This document shows, piece by piece, positions 52,801-64,000 of a DNA stretch of 64,000 bases. The notes below the pieces were generated by a model. It was not told where the DNA came from and ran no database searches. It was given only the letters and a program-made list of their open reading frames with translations. Source of the stretch: Harriotta raleighana (lineage: Eukaryota); assembly GCA_050575255.1 (NCBI GenBank), contig JBNZDD010013730.1:7089498-7153497 (forward strand), read 5' to 3'. The position numbers and the translations under genes are program-made. The first letter of the stretch is position 1, and each line of letters opens with the position of its first letter.

Positions 52801-54562
52801 TAAAGTAGAAGTCATGAAAGAGCTGAATAAAGCTTCCGGGGGTGAAACTGAGGATGAATATCATTCTAAAGTAAAGAAAATTGAAGTACGTTCATATGGA
52901 AAAGCAGAGCAAATTGAGGCAGATTTAAGTCACGAAGATAGAACTAAAGGAGATTCAGAAGTACAAATGATGAAGACTGGGGCAGGTTTAGAAGCTTTCT
53001 CAGCGGATGCACATGCCTATGTATTAATTAACACAGACAAAACTGAGACATGTTCTGAGGACCATTTACTGGAACATGATGCGAGCACAGTACAAGAACA
53101 TGAGATTAATACAGATACACAAGATTTTGCATTTGATACTGAATCTTACCCATCAGGCCATGAAACTGAAGTAAAATTAGAGGGGCAAAAAGATCACCCA
53201 TTAAATCAAATTGAAAACACTGAAGCAAGATCAGAGAATCAAATTGAAGAAAGTATTGAGTTAGGCACAAATGAACAAGCACCTGAGGGTGAGGCAGATC
53301 CAGCTGATGGTGAAGATATACCTGAGATTAAGGTGATTTCATTGGTTAATACTGAGAGTACAAAATTAAGATCAGAGCAACAGGATACAGCAACAGCTGA
53401 GGTAGATAGTGAACCACACCAACATAAGGTGGAGGCAGACATAGAGTTTTTTGAAGCTGAGATTGAAGTCAGTACATTATATGACACTGATAACCCTGAA
53501 GAAATGTTAAAGAAGCAAGATGAAGCAATCGCTGAAGTAGATATGGAAGTACAAGAATATAGGATTGAGACAAATGCAGAATTTTTTGTAACCGAGACTG
53601 ATTTACAGCAATTAAATGAAGTTCAGAATACTGGAAGGAGATCAGAAGAGCAAGATGAAGGAAGAGCTGAGGCAGAAACAGAAATTTCTGTTGAGGTTGG
53701 GGGAACTCAAGAAAAAATACAGCCAAGCTTTGAGCTACAGGCACAAGGGAATAAGGCACAACTAGAAGCTGAAGTAGTAGAATTGGAGGTTGAAATAGAA
53801 GCGCAAGCTCAAGAAGTGATGCTATCTGAAGGTCCTGTGGTTCAGGCAGATCACGATATTAGTCCAGAAATTAAACTTTCTACAGTAGAGATACTGGCAA
53901 TTCCTGGGGCCCAAACAGAAGAAACATCACAAACACTAGAAACACAACAGACAGACATTGATGCAAAGGCCGCACCTTCAAAAGCTGAACTGGAAATAGT
54001 TTCGGAGACGAACGTTGAAGAAATGGAGAAAGATCCAGAGGCACAAAAAAGTAAATCAGCTGCAGAACCCCAGGATGGGAAGACCATGGAAGAGCTACAA
54101 TTGGAAACAATGTTAGAGGTTGTCCAAGGTGATTATGCTAAGAGTGATTCAAGTTCACATTTCCCCACACTCCATGATAAGGCAAGCTTGACTGGTGAAA
54201 ATGATGAGCTATTTATTCCTGTTTCAATCCCACAAGGTGAATCAAGAATCAAAGATGCAAACATAGGGGTTTCATTGGAAGAGGCCCCTCTGGAAACTAT
54301 GAAAACAAAAACTGTTGAGTCGGAAATAAATTGTGCTGACATCGTAAAATTCATCAGCCCATTGGTTATCAAAGAACTAACTGAACAGAGTCCAATGTAT
54401 CCTAAAGCTAAGGTGATTGCTGAGTTGGTAGAATTAATACCACTTGAAATTGAGGAGGATGTGCATTCTTCTAGTCTAATAGTTCATCCAACAGTCAATA
54501 CAGAGCATCCTTCTACACTCGTGAAAAGAAACTCTCAAGAGGAACTGAACAACCCAATATGA
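28875..54562 (+). CDS. ERICH3: glutamate-rich protein 3 (ERICH3/C1orf173), 14 coding exons, about 2012 aa
   Basis: Exons 28875-28894, 35367-35457, 36297-36422, 36686-36757, 36875-37003, 39087-39251, 40198-40422, 40500-40680, 41576-41762, 42671-42927, 44246-44479, 46128-46664, 49322-49474, 50901-54562; 6039 nt with consistent phases. N-terminal [23 protein letters not shown] and the block [15 protein letters not shown]...[22 protein letters not shown]...[16 protein letters not shown] match ERICH3 as recalled. Synteny also fits. Confidence 0.94.
29875..30094. mobile_element. 220-bp MITE, Tc1/mariner-pogo (Tigger-like)
   Basis: 23-bp TIRs CAGGCGGTCCCCAAGTTACGTCA / CAGGCAGTCCTCAAGTTACGACA (3 mismatches), flanked by TA on both sides. 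Internal CGTAACT(T)CG subterminal repeats. Confidence 0.9.
32606..32978 (+). mobile_element. tRNA-derived SINE, full length
   Basis: A/B-box-like head, shared core, GCAAGGATTATT tail. Confidence 0.88.
33290..33765 (+). mobile_element. composite element: C/T tract + SINE core + C/T tract + L2 tail
   Basis: GTGGGGACACTGCTGTGCGC...CCCACAAATATACAGTCA, then GACTGTACAGCGCCTTGGGACGTCCTCCTGACGTGAAAGGCGC and (AATA)n. Confidence 0.72.
35367..35457 (+). CDS. ERICH3: ERICH3 exon 2
   Basis: [30 protein letters not shown]; ttcag| ... |gtatgt. Confidence 0.95.
35900..36042 (+). mobile_element. CR1 LINE 3' end
   Basis: GCAGGGCTATGG...ATGGGCCAAATGGCCT...TTCTATGATTCTATGA, the CR1 8-mer tail. Confidence 0.75.
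36297..36422 (+). CDS. ERICH3: ERICH3 exon 3
   Basis: [16 protein letters not shown]...[15 protein letters not shown]. Confidence 0.95.
36686..36757 (+). CDS. ERICH3: ERICH3 exon 4
   Basis: [24 protein letters not shown]. Confidence 0.94.
36875..37003 (+). CDS. ERICH3: ERICH3 exon 5
   Basis: VERARRS...LSPHPPTAP...SSTS|gtaagt. Confidence 0.92.
37895..38137 (-). mobile_element. tRNA-derived SINE with internal deletion
   Basis: Reverse complement of the same family head and core. Confidence 0.85.
38716..39030 (-). mobile_element. L2-like LINE 3' end
   Basis: (CAA)n tail and GCAGAGTGGCTGAAGGCTCG segment shared with 17130 and 20230. Confidence 0.85.
39087..39251 (+). CDS. ERICH3: ERICH3 exon 6
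   Basis: [22 protein letters not shown]...; tttag| ... |gttagc. Confidence 0.9.
40198..40422 (+). CDS. ERICH3: ERICH3 exon 7
   Basis: ...[20 protein letters not shown]...[10 protein letters not shown]...EPK|gtagga. Confidence 0.92.
40500..40680 (+). CDS. ERICH3: ERICH3 exon 8
   Basis: [13 protein letters not shown]...[20 protein letters not shown]; follows a 77-nt intron. Confidence 0.95.
41576..41762 (+). CDS. ERICH3: ERICH3 exon 9
   Basis: [19 protein letters not shown]...GASPCY. Confidence 0.95.
42671..42927 (+). CDS. ERICH3: ERICH3 exon 10
   Basis: [14 protein letters not shown]...; phase 2 to 1. Confidence 0.92.
44246..44479 (+). CDS. ERICH3: ERICH3 exon 11
   Basis: [11 protein letters not shown]...SYTDSELE; phase 1-1. 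Confidence 0.88.
45825..46030. mobile_element. two SINE 3' tails in inverted orientation
   Basis: Minus-strand tail at 45825-45896 and plus-strand tail at 45920-46030. Confidence 0.7.
46128..46664 (+). CDS. ERICH3: ERICH3 exon 12
   Basis: Acidic 537-nt open exon, caacag| ... G|gtgagt, phase 1-1. Confidence 0.88.
48450..48775 (+). mobile_element. tRNA-derived SINE with internal deletion
   Basis: GAGTCCTACAGCTCAGTGGTTAGAGC head, shared core and tail. Confidence 0.88.
49322..49474 (+). CDS. ERICH3: ERICH3 exon 13
   Basis: [13 protein letters not shown]...[14 protein letters not shown]; A|gtaagc, phase 1-1. Confidence 0.88.
49546..50440 (-). mobile_element. 5'-truncated L2/CR1-clade LINE with reverse transcriptase fragment, interrupted by N gap 49652-50060
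   Basis: WFRSYLS...[13 protein letters not shown]...[10 protein letters not shown] motifs. The 3' tail GGGATGTCCTCCTGACGTGAAA...(TTG)n lies at 49546-49610. Confidence 0.92.
50901..54562 (+). CDS. ERICH3: ERICH3 giant Glu-rich terminal coding exon (about 1220 codons)
   Basis: ttttttcag| acceptor ending 50900, phase 1. Uninterrupted E-rich ORF to TGA at 54562. Confidence 0.92.
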
Positions 54563-55280
54563 GCCTCCAGTGACTTCAAAGGTAGTTATTGATAATTATT
54601 GTTTGGCATTGCATATTGTTTAGTTTTTGATATATATTCTGCCACATTTCTTATGATGGGACAATTATGTTTACTCTAGTAATGAGAACCCTGACAAATC
54701 GAATTATAGATTCTCAGCCTCCAGAATTCAAACTCCAGGAAAATGTTGATTTCCCCTTTTTTCAACTTCACTGTATAATAGCGTTAAACACAACTTAATT
54801 TGAAGCTATTAAACCTTACTCAATTTAAATTATCTCTAGGTGAATTGCTGCACCTTTCTCATCAACTTTGTAGCATTCTCATCAATTATTATTTCAACCT
54901 GTCAGTTGCTGAATGACTTATTTGGCCACACCACTCCACAGATTAAATATTTACCATGAGTTCATATCCGATTTTAATTCCCACATTGTTAACTTTTGAT
55001 TCAGAATAATGTGATAGATATCCACTCTAAGGTTGTCTTTGTCAGTCATGCAGAATGTTATATTATGTTGAGGATATTTCATATAATTTCTCTTTCAAAC
55101 AGGGAGCAGTAAATCTTGGTTGCAATGGGTTGATAACAATAGTGTTATAAAGAGTCACTATGGATTATCTTCTCATCCAATATTGATTATGTTTATCATC
55201 AGGAATATTCACTCAGTGTCGCAACTGTTTTGTTTGTGTTAGTGCGTGTTTATCTTTTAGAATTCTTTTTTCTGTTATAG

Positions 55281-55600
55281 GATGCTTGGACATGCCTACA
55301 CACTAGGAAACAAAGCATCTTTCTGAAAGAGGTATCAAAAACAAAGAAATAATTGTAGACAATCATCTCCCGGCATGACATTCTGTTTGAACTGCAGTTT
55401 ATTGTGCTTTTTGTTGAGGATACCTGTGCATAATAGTTTATCTTGCTGCAATGGACAGAGGAACAAACATATGTTGGTTTTCGTCTTTGTACCTGCTGCA
55501 GTTGAATAAATCCGCTTCAGAAAGGTTTTGTTTTTGAATTGTTTTGGAATATAATCTTGTATTCTGTTATGTTCTACAACCAATGAATAAAACATAGATT
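55281..55600 (+). other. ERICH3: probable non-coding last exon (3' UTR) of ERICH3
   Basis: Donor AAG|gtagtt 19 nt after the stop (54582). Strong acceptor ttcttttttctgttatag| ending 55280. AATAAA at 55505 and 55586. Confidence 0.55.
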
Positions 55601-56139
55601 TAAGATTATTTTATCTGAATATATAAATACAGTATACCTATATAAATGACTTGGAAGGTAAATTATAAATCAATTGTATTTCCAATTTTTTCCTACCCTT
55701 AGCCTTAACTTGATATTTCAAGCTCTTAAAATTCCACTGAGTCCAATATGCAACAGTTTCTAATGTGACTCCTTAATTATAAATCTGAGTACAGATTCAT
55801 TCTTATAACTGGACGTATAGCACACTGACCTCCAAGAATGCCATTCCATATGTATTTAGCGTCAGAGGAGGTCCTGCATTGTATGCTTCTTATCAACAAA
55901 TCCTATGAGAAATCCAAGCTTGTTAGATCCCATTGTATCTCTAACTCGGTGATATTTTGCAAATATGTGATTACAATTACAAGAAGATGGTAATTGATTG
56001 TTGATGTGTTTGTGCTGAATGCTACATATGGATTAAAGTAAATATTTCCGCTATTACTTCATGAAGCTATGATGCAAGATTGACCCATTTCAATCAAAGC
56101 TCCTATAAGTTAAACAGATTTGTTTTGGATAGCTTCTGC

Positions 56140-56575
56140 TGGACCAAATTCAAGCTGCTCACCCTCACCTACAAATCCTTTCATGCCCTTGCACCTTTCC
56201 ATCTCTGTGATTTTCTCCATCTCTACTTCTCTGCTTACCCCAACTCTGATTCACCTCCTTCATTACCTCTGCGACACTATCTCTCAGTGGCCAAACCTTC
56301 AGGCCTTATCCTCTTCAACTCCCACTCTCCTATCTTTGCATCTCATGTGCTCTATATACCTATCTCTTCAACTGCACCCATGGTCATATTCTTTCCTTTT
56401 CTCTCTATTCTTCCTTGCTAGTGGTCTGACCCTGTCATTGTGAAGTGCTCCGAGATTATTAAACACGAAGGGCACTATATAAATGTTAATTGTTGTGGTT
56501 ATTGTCAGCGCTTTGGGACATCCTCCCGATGTGAAAGGTGCTATACAAGTGTAATTTTGTTGTTGTCGTTATTGT
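56140..56575 (+). mobile_element. old L2 3' fragment followed by a second L2 tail
   Basis: KFKLLTLTYKSFHALAP resembles the L2 ORF2 C-terminus. Two tandem tails end in (TTG)n. Confidence 0.75.
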
Positions 56576-58734
56576 TTTCTGCCCTGTAACCAGGAAGTTT
56601 GTTGCTTCGAATCACTGAAATATTTGCACTGCTTGGCACTTTGTCATATTGAATGTTGGAAGAGAACAATTCCTATGGCCTTGATATTACAGTTGTAGTT
56701 TTACTATATGTTCATGAAAGAAAAATGATAAACATATATTTTATTCCTCGAATTTAAGATAAGGGATCAATCGGATTGAAAATGCCCCAAAGTAGCTAAT
56801 TGGTCTGCATATTAGCTCTACTGAATCATTAGTCAGAAGTTGTTTTACTTATAAGGCACTAAGCATTTTGCACTGCATTTTAAACTTTTTTTAATCTATC
56901 AGTAATTTTACTTTGAGTCATCATTTAGTGCTATCTATGTCTATGAAATATAAATTGCACAAGTTGAATACTGTAGTTAGCTGTAATATTTCAATTCCCC
57001 TGGATACCTTGACCAGAGCTCAAATAGGTATTGCTACTATTGCTTTGTTATGCATCGTACTGGCTGATTGAAATTTTCGTTTCAACACACTGGGGGGCAC
57101 CCTTGAGTTTTGCTTGATCATTCCAATTTTATCTTTAAATGAACTGGCTGTAAAATGGAACACCTCAGTACAGTGTTAGGATTATGTTAAATCTCTGACA
57201 AGGAGATGAAAATGTATATTTGGAACCAGAAAAAAACATTTAACAGGTCGACCCCAAGGATTACAACTTTGGTGTTTCATTCTAAACGTGTGCTACAAAA
57301 AAGGTTTTTAATATTTATGAAATGCATCTATCATTCCAGTATTCAATTTAGCATTAGCTAACTATACAAAAAAAACAAATCGTGAAGCCCTTTAAATGTG
57401 ACAGCATCATTTGTGTATAGTATCAGAATTGAGAACAAAATCTGTCCAGCAACACATTTGTTCCAGCAATAACATTTTAATGCATTATGCACATTAAGTA
57501 AATATAATATAGCTTGTGCTGAAAGTAATACACTTACAAGGCAAAATCATAAACTATTTGCTTGTGGTTGTTTTCTATCTGGAGAAGTTAATTAAATGGA
57601 TTTAATAGCAGTACTGAGGATGTGAAATGGTGATTTGGGCGTTTGTCTATTTATTAAATAGTATTTAATGTATTTTTTCTGAAGCCTTAGATTTGTTGTG
57701 TGGTAATTAAATCACTTTGTTTTGTTGTTATGAAATTGTGTTGATCTCAATTGCTATTACAACAAATATTGAATTAAAAAATCTGTTTACAGACAATAAT
57801 CTGTCAGTTTGTGTTCTTCATAACTGTTAGAGTTTCGATGTTAAAGCTTCCAACAGTATAAATATAGTACTAGAAAGGCCCTGAAAATATACAGTTTATA
57901 AAGCCAGAATCAGATGCAAGGATGACTTATTTAAGTGAAATAAGACATAATTTTTATTTGGAGATCAGATGATGCTATCTGAATGCTGAGATTCGAATAC
58001 TGACTCCACACTTTAATATACATACCATTCACTGGGGCTTTGGAATGATTAAGATGAAATACAAAATTGCTGCCAGATAAATGTTTGTTTGTTCTGTTTC
58101 CAAGTATTAAATGCCATATGAAAGGTTTACTTGGTTAGACAATTAGCTGTATTAATGCATTCAAAAAGTTTGGTTTTAAATTTTATTCTATTCAGCACAT
58201 GATGGACAGCATTCTCCGCTTTCTTTGCATTTTTATGCTGAATTGGTTTGTATTTCTGTAGTAATTTTCATCAATCAGAACAAACAGCTCCAGAACCTGA
58301 CAGCCCTTCCCAGTGGATTGTCTGTCTTGCAGCCACAGCAAATTAGCACGTTATTACTTTTTATTGGATATGCCTTCAGCTAAGAGTTTCAAACTCCTAT
58401 GGGTACTTCCGAGGAGCTTAATTGGGGTGTGAGAAGATAGCTTGTATTATTATTTAGAAGTCCATGAAAGAGGTTAGATCAAGTATATTAAGTACTTTTC
58501 AAAGAAACAATCACTTCAGTTTGATGTTGAGCTCTAAATGGATGCAAATTCTGACTCAGAGAATATTCTTAATCGTAAAATCAATTCTTTTGAATGTCTA
58601 TTATTTCACTGTCAGAAAATGTTTATACTGTATATCATTGATATATTTTTCACAATTGTTTTTAGCCTTAGATGAAATATACTTCATTTTTGATGCTTCT
58701 CAAAGCTCTTCATTGGATTTACTGCCAATCTGCA

Positions 58735-59027
58735 CAAAACAATGTCCCACAAACAGACATGAAGTGAATTACCAATTTTATTTGGGAGATTGTTGGCTAG
58801 GTTGCCAGGAGAAACACACATTTTCTTCTTGAATGGTGCCATGAGATCTTTATGTCCATCTGAGCATACAAACAATAACACCGTAAAATTGTATCGTCTC
58901 CTTCATGGGGATAGTGCCTTAGAGTTTAATGTCACATCCAAAGGGGAGGACAAAGGGGGAGGACACTGCAGCATTCTGCCAACACTGTAGTGGATTGTCA
59001 GTTTAGACTATGAGTTCAAATTCTGAG
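58735..59027 (-). mobile_element. ancient Deu-domain SINE (AmnSINE1/SacSINE1-like)
   Basis: Ordered blocks TTCTTGAATGGTGCCATGAGATCTTTATGTCCATCTGAG, GTTTAATGTCACATCCAAA and GTGGATTGTCAGTTTAGACTATGAGTTCAA resemble the Deu core as recalled. Confidence 0.65.
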
Positions 59028-60423
59028 CATTTATCTAAAGATTAAGATATTCAAATGATATATTTATAGAGACTCATTTACAGGGATACAGTACATCAGC
59101 ATGAAAACAAAGTCCATCCAGAATATATGTGTTCAAGTTTAACAAAGTCAAGTTTAATAAAATACTGATAGCCTGTAATATACACTCAACTTCCATTGCA
59201 TCTCATAGTGAGTTGCATGTAATAAACAAACTGGACACTAGATAGCATTACTTTGGGTGCTTGAATGTTGTCAAAATTACGAGGTTAATAATATCTTGTT
59301 TTATCACACAGGACAAGAGAATTGCTAGTTGAAATAAACAAATTCAATACTATAGTCAATGGCATACATTACAAAAGCTTACATGCATAAAACATTCTGT
59401 TTCTGAACATAATCACTTATCACTGAGAAAACTGAAGAGTTAATGCATTATTTAAATGATATGAGCCATTACTAAAATACAATGTAATTGGACTTAATTC
59501 TAATTTTTTTCTTGGAACACAACAGTACTGTATTTTAAAAAATTTCAATCAATATTTCAATATTCACAAGATGTGTTGTTAAAAAGTCCTCAACTATTAA
59601 AAGGATACATTTTAAATACAGGTACAATATTATGTTGTAGATATGTTCTGAACTACTATGTTTTCCCTGCATTCAGTTGCCAAAATCATTATTGAGCATT
59701 TAACCAAATATATTATAGTTTCAATATATGCTTAAATGCTCTGTGAAAAAAGATGAAGGACTGGTCACAGAACACTTTATTTTCAAATAAACTAATGTTT
59801 GCATCAGAGCCACCTGATAATAATACTGCATTTGATAAAACACCTATGATGCCAAAATGTCTTCAAGTGTTTTCCAGGTAATTGCTGTAAAGAGTATTGA
59901 CTGTGTCAAACACAGCAGGCAATTTATATGCAGCAAGGTCTTACAAACCTTGAAGTGAGTGACCAATGTATCTGGGGGCTGCTAAATAAAATAGAAGAAA
60001 CATGGCTGTATTCAAGTTCAACATAGTGTGGTCTGTTTTTATTCCCTGTGTTGCAATGATGCTGCAACAGAATGAAAACAAAATGGGATCAATTTAATTT
60101 CCATTAAAAAAAATTCAAACATAAACTGGATTTAGAATACGTTTCACTTCCTTTGGGAAACATTGCTGATTTCTGCAGAATATTGGTGGAAATGAGCTGT
60201 GGGAAGCTGGGAGCAAAACACTATGTAATGCGTGTAATCAGTTTGGCTAATTGGTAGGTTTATGTTGTTACTCGCTTGTTAAAGCTGGGACATCGGGACG
60301 TCCTCCCGATGTGAAAGGAGCTCCATAAATGTAATTTTGTTGTTGTAAAGCTGGTCTTCCTTGATGGTTGTAACCACTGTCATTCGGCAGATATTTATCA
60401 GCAAAAAGTGTTGACTCAAGATA

Positions 60424-61160
60424 TCAGCTGCTATCCTCAAAACTACTGCTGTTGCAGGAATTGAATCGCAGGGTGCTCATGGGATCAGATACATAGCCTA
60501 TAAAATAAATACAAAGGTCTCAAATTGCCATTGAGGATATAGGCTAATTTCATGCATCAGTTCTATTGGAGATATATTCATTAACCCTTACTAAAATTGT
60601 ACAATAAAATACTAGACAGCTGAATAGCAAAACAGGACTTTGAAAATTATGGCAGATTAATTTTTTAAGATCTTTAAGAAACAGATCAAATTATATGGTT
60701 ACTTTTACATAATATAAAAGAATTCTGAATCGATTCAAAGAAAATACTGGCTTTACATTCTCATTTGCCAAAGTTGCATAGAGCAAAGTATTTGTTTCGT
60801 AAAAACAATTATGGAGACTAGCGGTAAGAATTTAATCCCACAGAACCAATCAATGGTATAATCTTAATTACAGGCAAAAGTGAAATTAATGATTCCTGCA
60901 ACTGCTAATAAATATTATTTGGTAAATTAATCTGTCAATACCTGTGATCAAATTCACTCTGATCCACAATTTAACTATTTCAAGATGCTGTATCATTACA
61001 ACAACAAATCCTACAGCACATTTAATCTAGTTGGATAAATGACTGAGATTAAGATCCATGTCAACCTGCAATCAACGTACCATTTACATCAATAGGTGGA
61101 TACTGGAGATTCTTTCGAAAATCTTCCAGAGAAAGACCTTGAGTCTCTTGATTGCTGGCC
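60424..61160 (-). CDS. TNNI3K: cardiac troponin I-interacting kinase, last two coding exons (gene continues beyond window)
   Basis: Exon 61160-61081 (ASNQETQGLSLEDFRKNLQYPPIDVN) and exon 60497-60424 ([24 protein letters not shown]). They match the recalled human C-terminus [45 protein letters not shown]. Phases agree and the position is syntenic. Confidence 0.93.
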
Positions 61161-64000
61161 CTGTAAGAAAATCAATATATTAGATTCAACACAAAAAAAC
61201 TGGATATTTATTAAATGACAATAATGCAATAAAAGGAGAGCTGCAAACTGAATTACATGAAGAGTGATTGCTTCTTAATAATTATACAACCTATGGTGGG
61301 CGAGAATATTGTATTCACCACTATGATAGTCTGTAAATGTCTGGGCATTTGGCAGTATTAGTTCTTTAGTGTAAAACATTGGTATGAATTCACATGTTCA
61401 AGATGCAAAATTTTACTGACAAGTGGAGAATTGCCCAAATTAAATAATTTTGACATCTGAATCAAATGAAGGACAAACAACTGGAAAATCCCAATGATAT
61501 ATGTTATGGTTAGTACCAGCTAAAAAGAGATGAGAGCTGAAAATTATGTTCCCCTGTTTAAATTTCTTACATGTTGCTAATTTGCAGATAGACATATTGT
61601 CCCTGTGTATAGATCATTTAAAATGAGGATCATTGCCAAGTGGTCTCGGGTAACAAAGCTCAGCAGAAGCTCAGCGTATCCTGATTAAACCTGAGATGGG
61701 AACTCAAAACGTCTAAGTCCCAGCTCTTTCTTTATAAATGTTGGTCACCTATTTCCACAGATACATTACAAAACTCCAGGCAACCTGGTTACTTGAGGTA
61801 GTCCTTCAACTGATGTGTTAGAACAAGCCACAGGCAACACTTCTCCTCATTGAAGGAAATTTTTAAAAAAACTAACGAGAATCATATAGATGACACTCTT
61901 TATGGCAGGTGAGTCATATAATAACAATCCTTCTTATAAAATATGTAGCTTTTCCAGATTGTTAAAGCCTAATGCTTTTCAAGTGAAAGTTTCAACAACA
62001 ACAAATTGAATTTATATACTGTACTGTAGTAACTTGGAAAACATTAAGCCCTGTCCTAACTTTCTGCTTTCCATAATACCAATATACAGTATACCAATAG
62101 ATGAATAATTCTATATATTGTTTATCCAATTATCGACCTGGAATGCTGGAAGCTTAAAACAATTGTAAATGTTTTAAGAGCAAAAATACCTTATATTGTA
62201 GTTAGATCCTTATCTTTATTGAGGATAAATTAACTGTTTTTATTTGATTTCCATATTATTCATTCCCAAAGAAACACAATGCAATTAATTACTATACTAA
62301 TTTATGAGCGGTAATATTGATTTAAGGAAAAGACACATTTATTGGAATGTGATGAGCTGTGGAAAATAACAAAAATTACTGTACTGTAGTTATATTACTG
62401 TATAATCAGTGGTTTTATCTTCCACAATCCAATGATACTCTATTTCGGTATGTTTCTGCCATGTGTTTGGATTCAGTACTTCATATAAAAGTAGTCTTTT
62501 GAAAGTAAAATTCTGTGGCCAGGATGCTACTTTTAGATTCTTAAACTCTTTTAATTTTGAGAATCCATCATTGTTAAATTTATAAACGAATCTACTTAAC
62601 ACCAGATTAGAATGCTTTTACTAGATGGTTATACAATTGTGATTTGGACAGCATGCAAGCAGATGTTATCACAACACTAATGCACTTTAATTTAATCATA
62701 TTTATGGACACAATCATATTTGCAGCCACAAATAAACATGAGTCAAGGAACAATCACATCTTTTCAAGTCATTAAATTGTGTTCACATTTTAATTCTGCT
62801 TTGTACTTTAATTAACACATCATCACTGCTTAGAGTAGACTAATGAATGGATGCTGAAAGTCATCTCAATGTGAGATGCACTGTACCAAATGGAAGTGTT
62901 AGCATTAATATGCAGTTTCTCTCCAGCCAAAGGCACAAGTCAATACCCAGCTCCTCCAGCCTTGTCAAAATTACTTTGTAAGAAGCAACAAGTATGAATA
63001 CAGCAGACCAGGAAAAAATTTGCAAGTCTGGCCAGATGTTATTTAATGATTTTCTGTCATTGTCTTCTGACATCAATGCTGCCATCATGAACATAATTAA
63101 ACAATCAAAAGGTGGAAACCAACACCTACCACTCTGCACTATGGAAGACTGGTATTCATATTCAGAGCGCAAATCTGATTATAAAATATTTTCTAGGTGT
63201 TTCCCAAACAACAATGATGAAACCTCTGAAATGGTGGAAATCATAAACCTATATAGTCAAGTTAAGGATTGCTTTCTGTCTAAATATCTGCATGCAAATT
63301 TAATTAGTCACTTGAGAACTCTCATTTTATAGTTAGCTAGAAAATAACTGAAGACGTTGCTCCCTGTGGATCCAAAGCTATTTTTTATTTAAGAATGAAT
63401 ACACTTTTAAGTGGACTGTCACTTTGAAGCTGAAAGCATTGCATTCTCATTTCATTTGCAGTTGGGTGTCCAGTCTGACACCTCAAACCCTTGATTTGCT
63501 ATTTGAGCTTTGACTGGCATTTTTTCTCTTGTGTTGTTTCACAGGGTGAAAAGCCTACGCATTCAAAACATACATTCAGTGTGAATGAAATATATATAAA
63601 GCACTTTGAGACATCTAGAAGATAAGGAAAGGCGCTATATCAAAAGAAAGGATTATTATAAAATAATTTTAAAATAGTCAAATGTCCAATATCCCACTGG
63701 GCCCTGGGCTGACATCACTGAACACCTTTATATCCATGTTATAAAAAAACGATACTACTGTACCTACTGATTAAATGATAGAAAGTGATAATTAAATGGA
63801 AAAAGTGTTTAAGGCATTCCCGTGAGTGACTTATGATAACACAAATTCCTGTAATAAGAAATTTAAATGTTCACCTTTTTAATTCAGAAGTATCAAGTCC
63901 ATGAGTATCCATAACAATATCAGATATTTTAAATCAAGCAGTTCAAAAATGAAATTCTATAACCGTAGTCAAATTAGTTATGTAACTTGAATATTCCTTT

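Noticed and set aside
50873-54562. Stand-alone single-exon 1229-aa gene
   Set aside because: The ORF starts at a TTG, has a strong internal acceptor in phase with ERICH3 exon 13, and fits the Glu-rich ERICH3 tail.

Overview
AT-rich vertebrate genomic DNA. The repeat content (tRNA-derived SINEs with (ATT)n tails, L2 and CR1 remnants, a Deu-domain SINE) suggests a cartilaginous fish, probably Callorhinchus; this is inferred, not proven. I assembled three complete intron-containing genes exon by exon with consistent GT-AG phases. TYW3 (minus, 6 exons, 247 aa) lies head-to-head with CRYZ (plus, 8 coding exons, 332 aa). ERICH3 follows (plus, 14 coding exons, about 2012 aa, with a 3.66-kb Glu-rich exon). 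The last two coding exons of TNNI3K (minus) converge on ERICH3. This matches the human 1p31 order. The most unusual signal is in the apparently empty first 15.4 kb: a chain of about 18 minus-strand exon-like segments. They have good splice sites, mostly matching phases, protein-like translations broken by stops, and an RFX X-box-like site just before a Kozak ATG. This is a candidate decayed multi-exon gene (unitary pseudogene) that I cannot name. The window also has N gaps and single-N tandem duplications that look like assembly artefacts.
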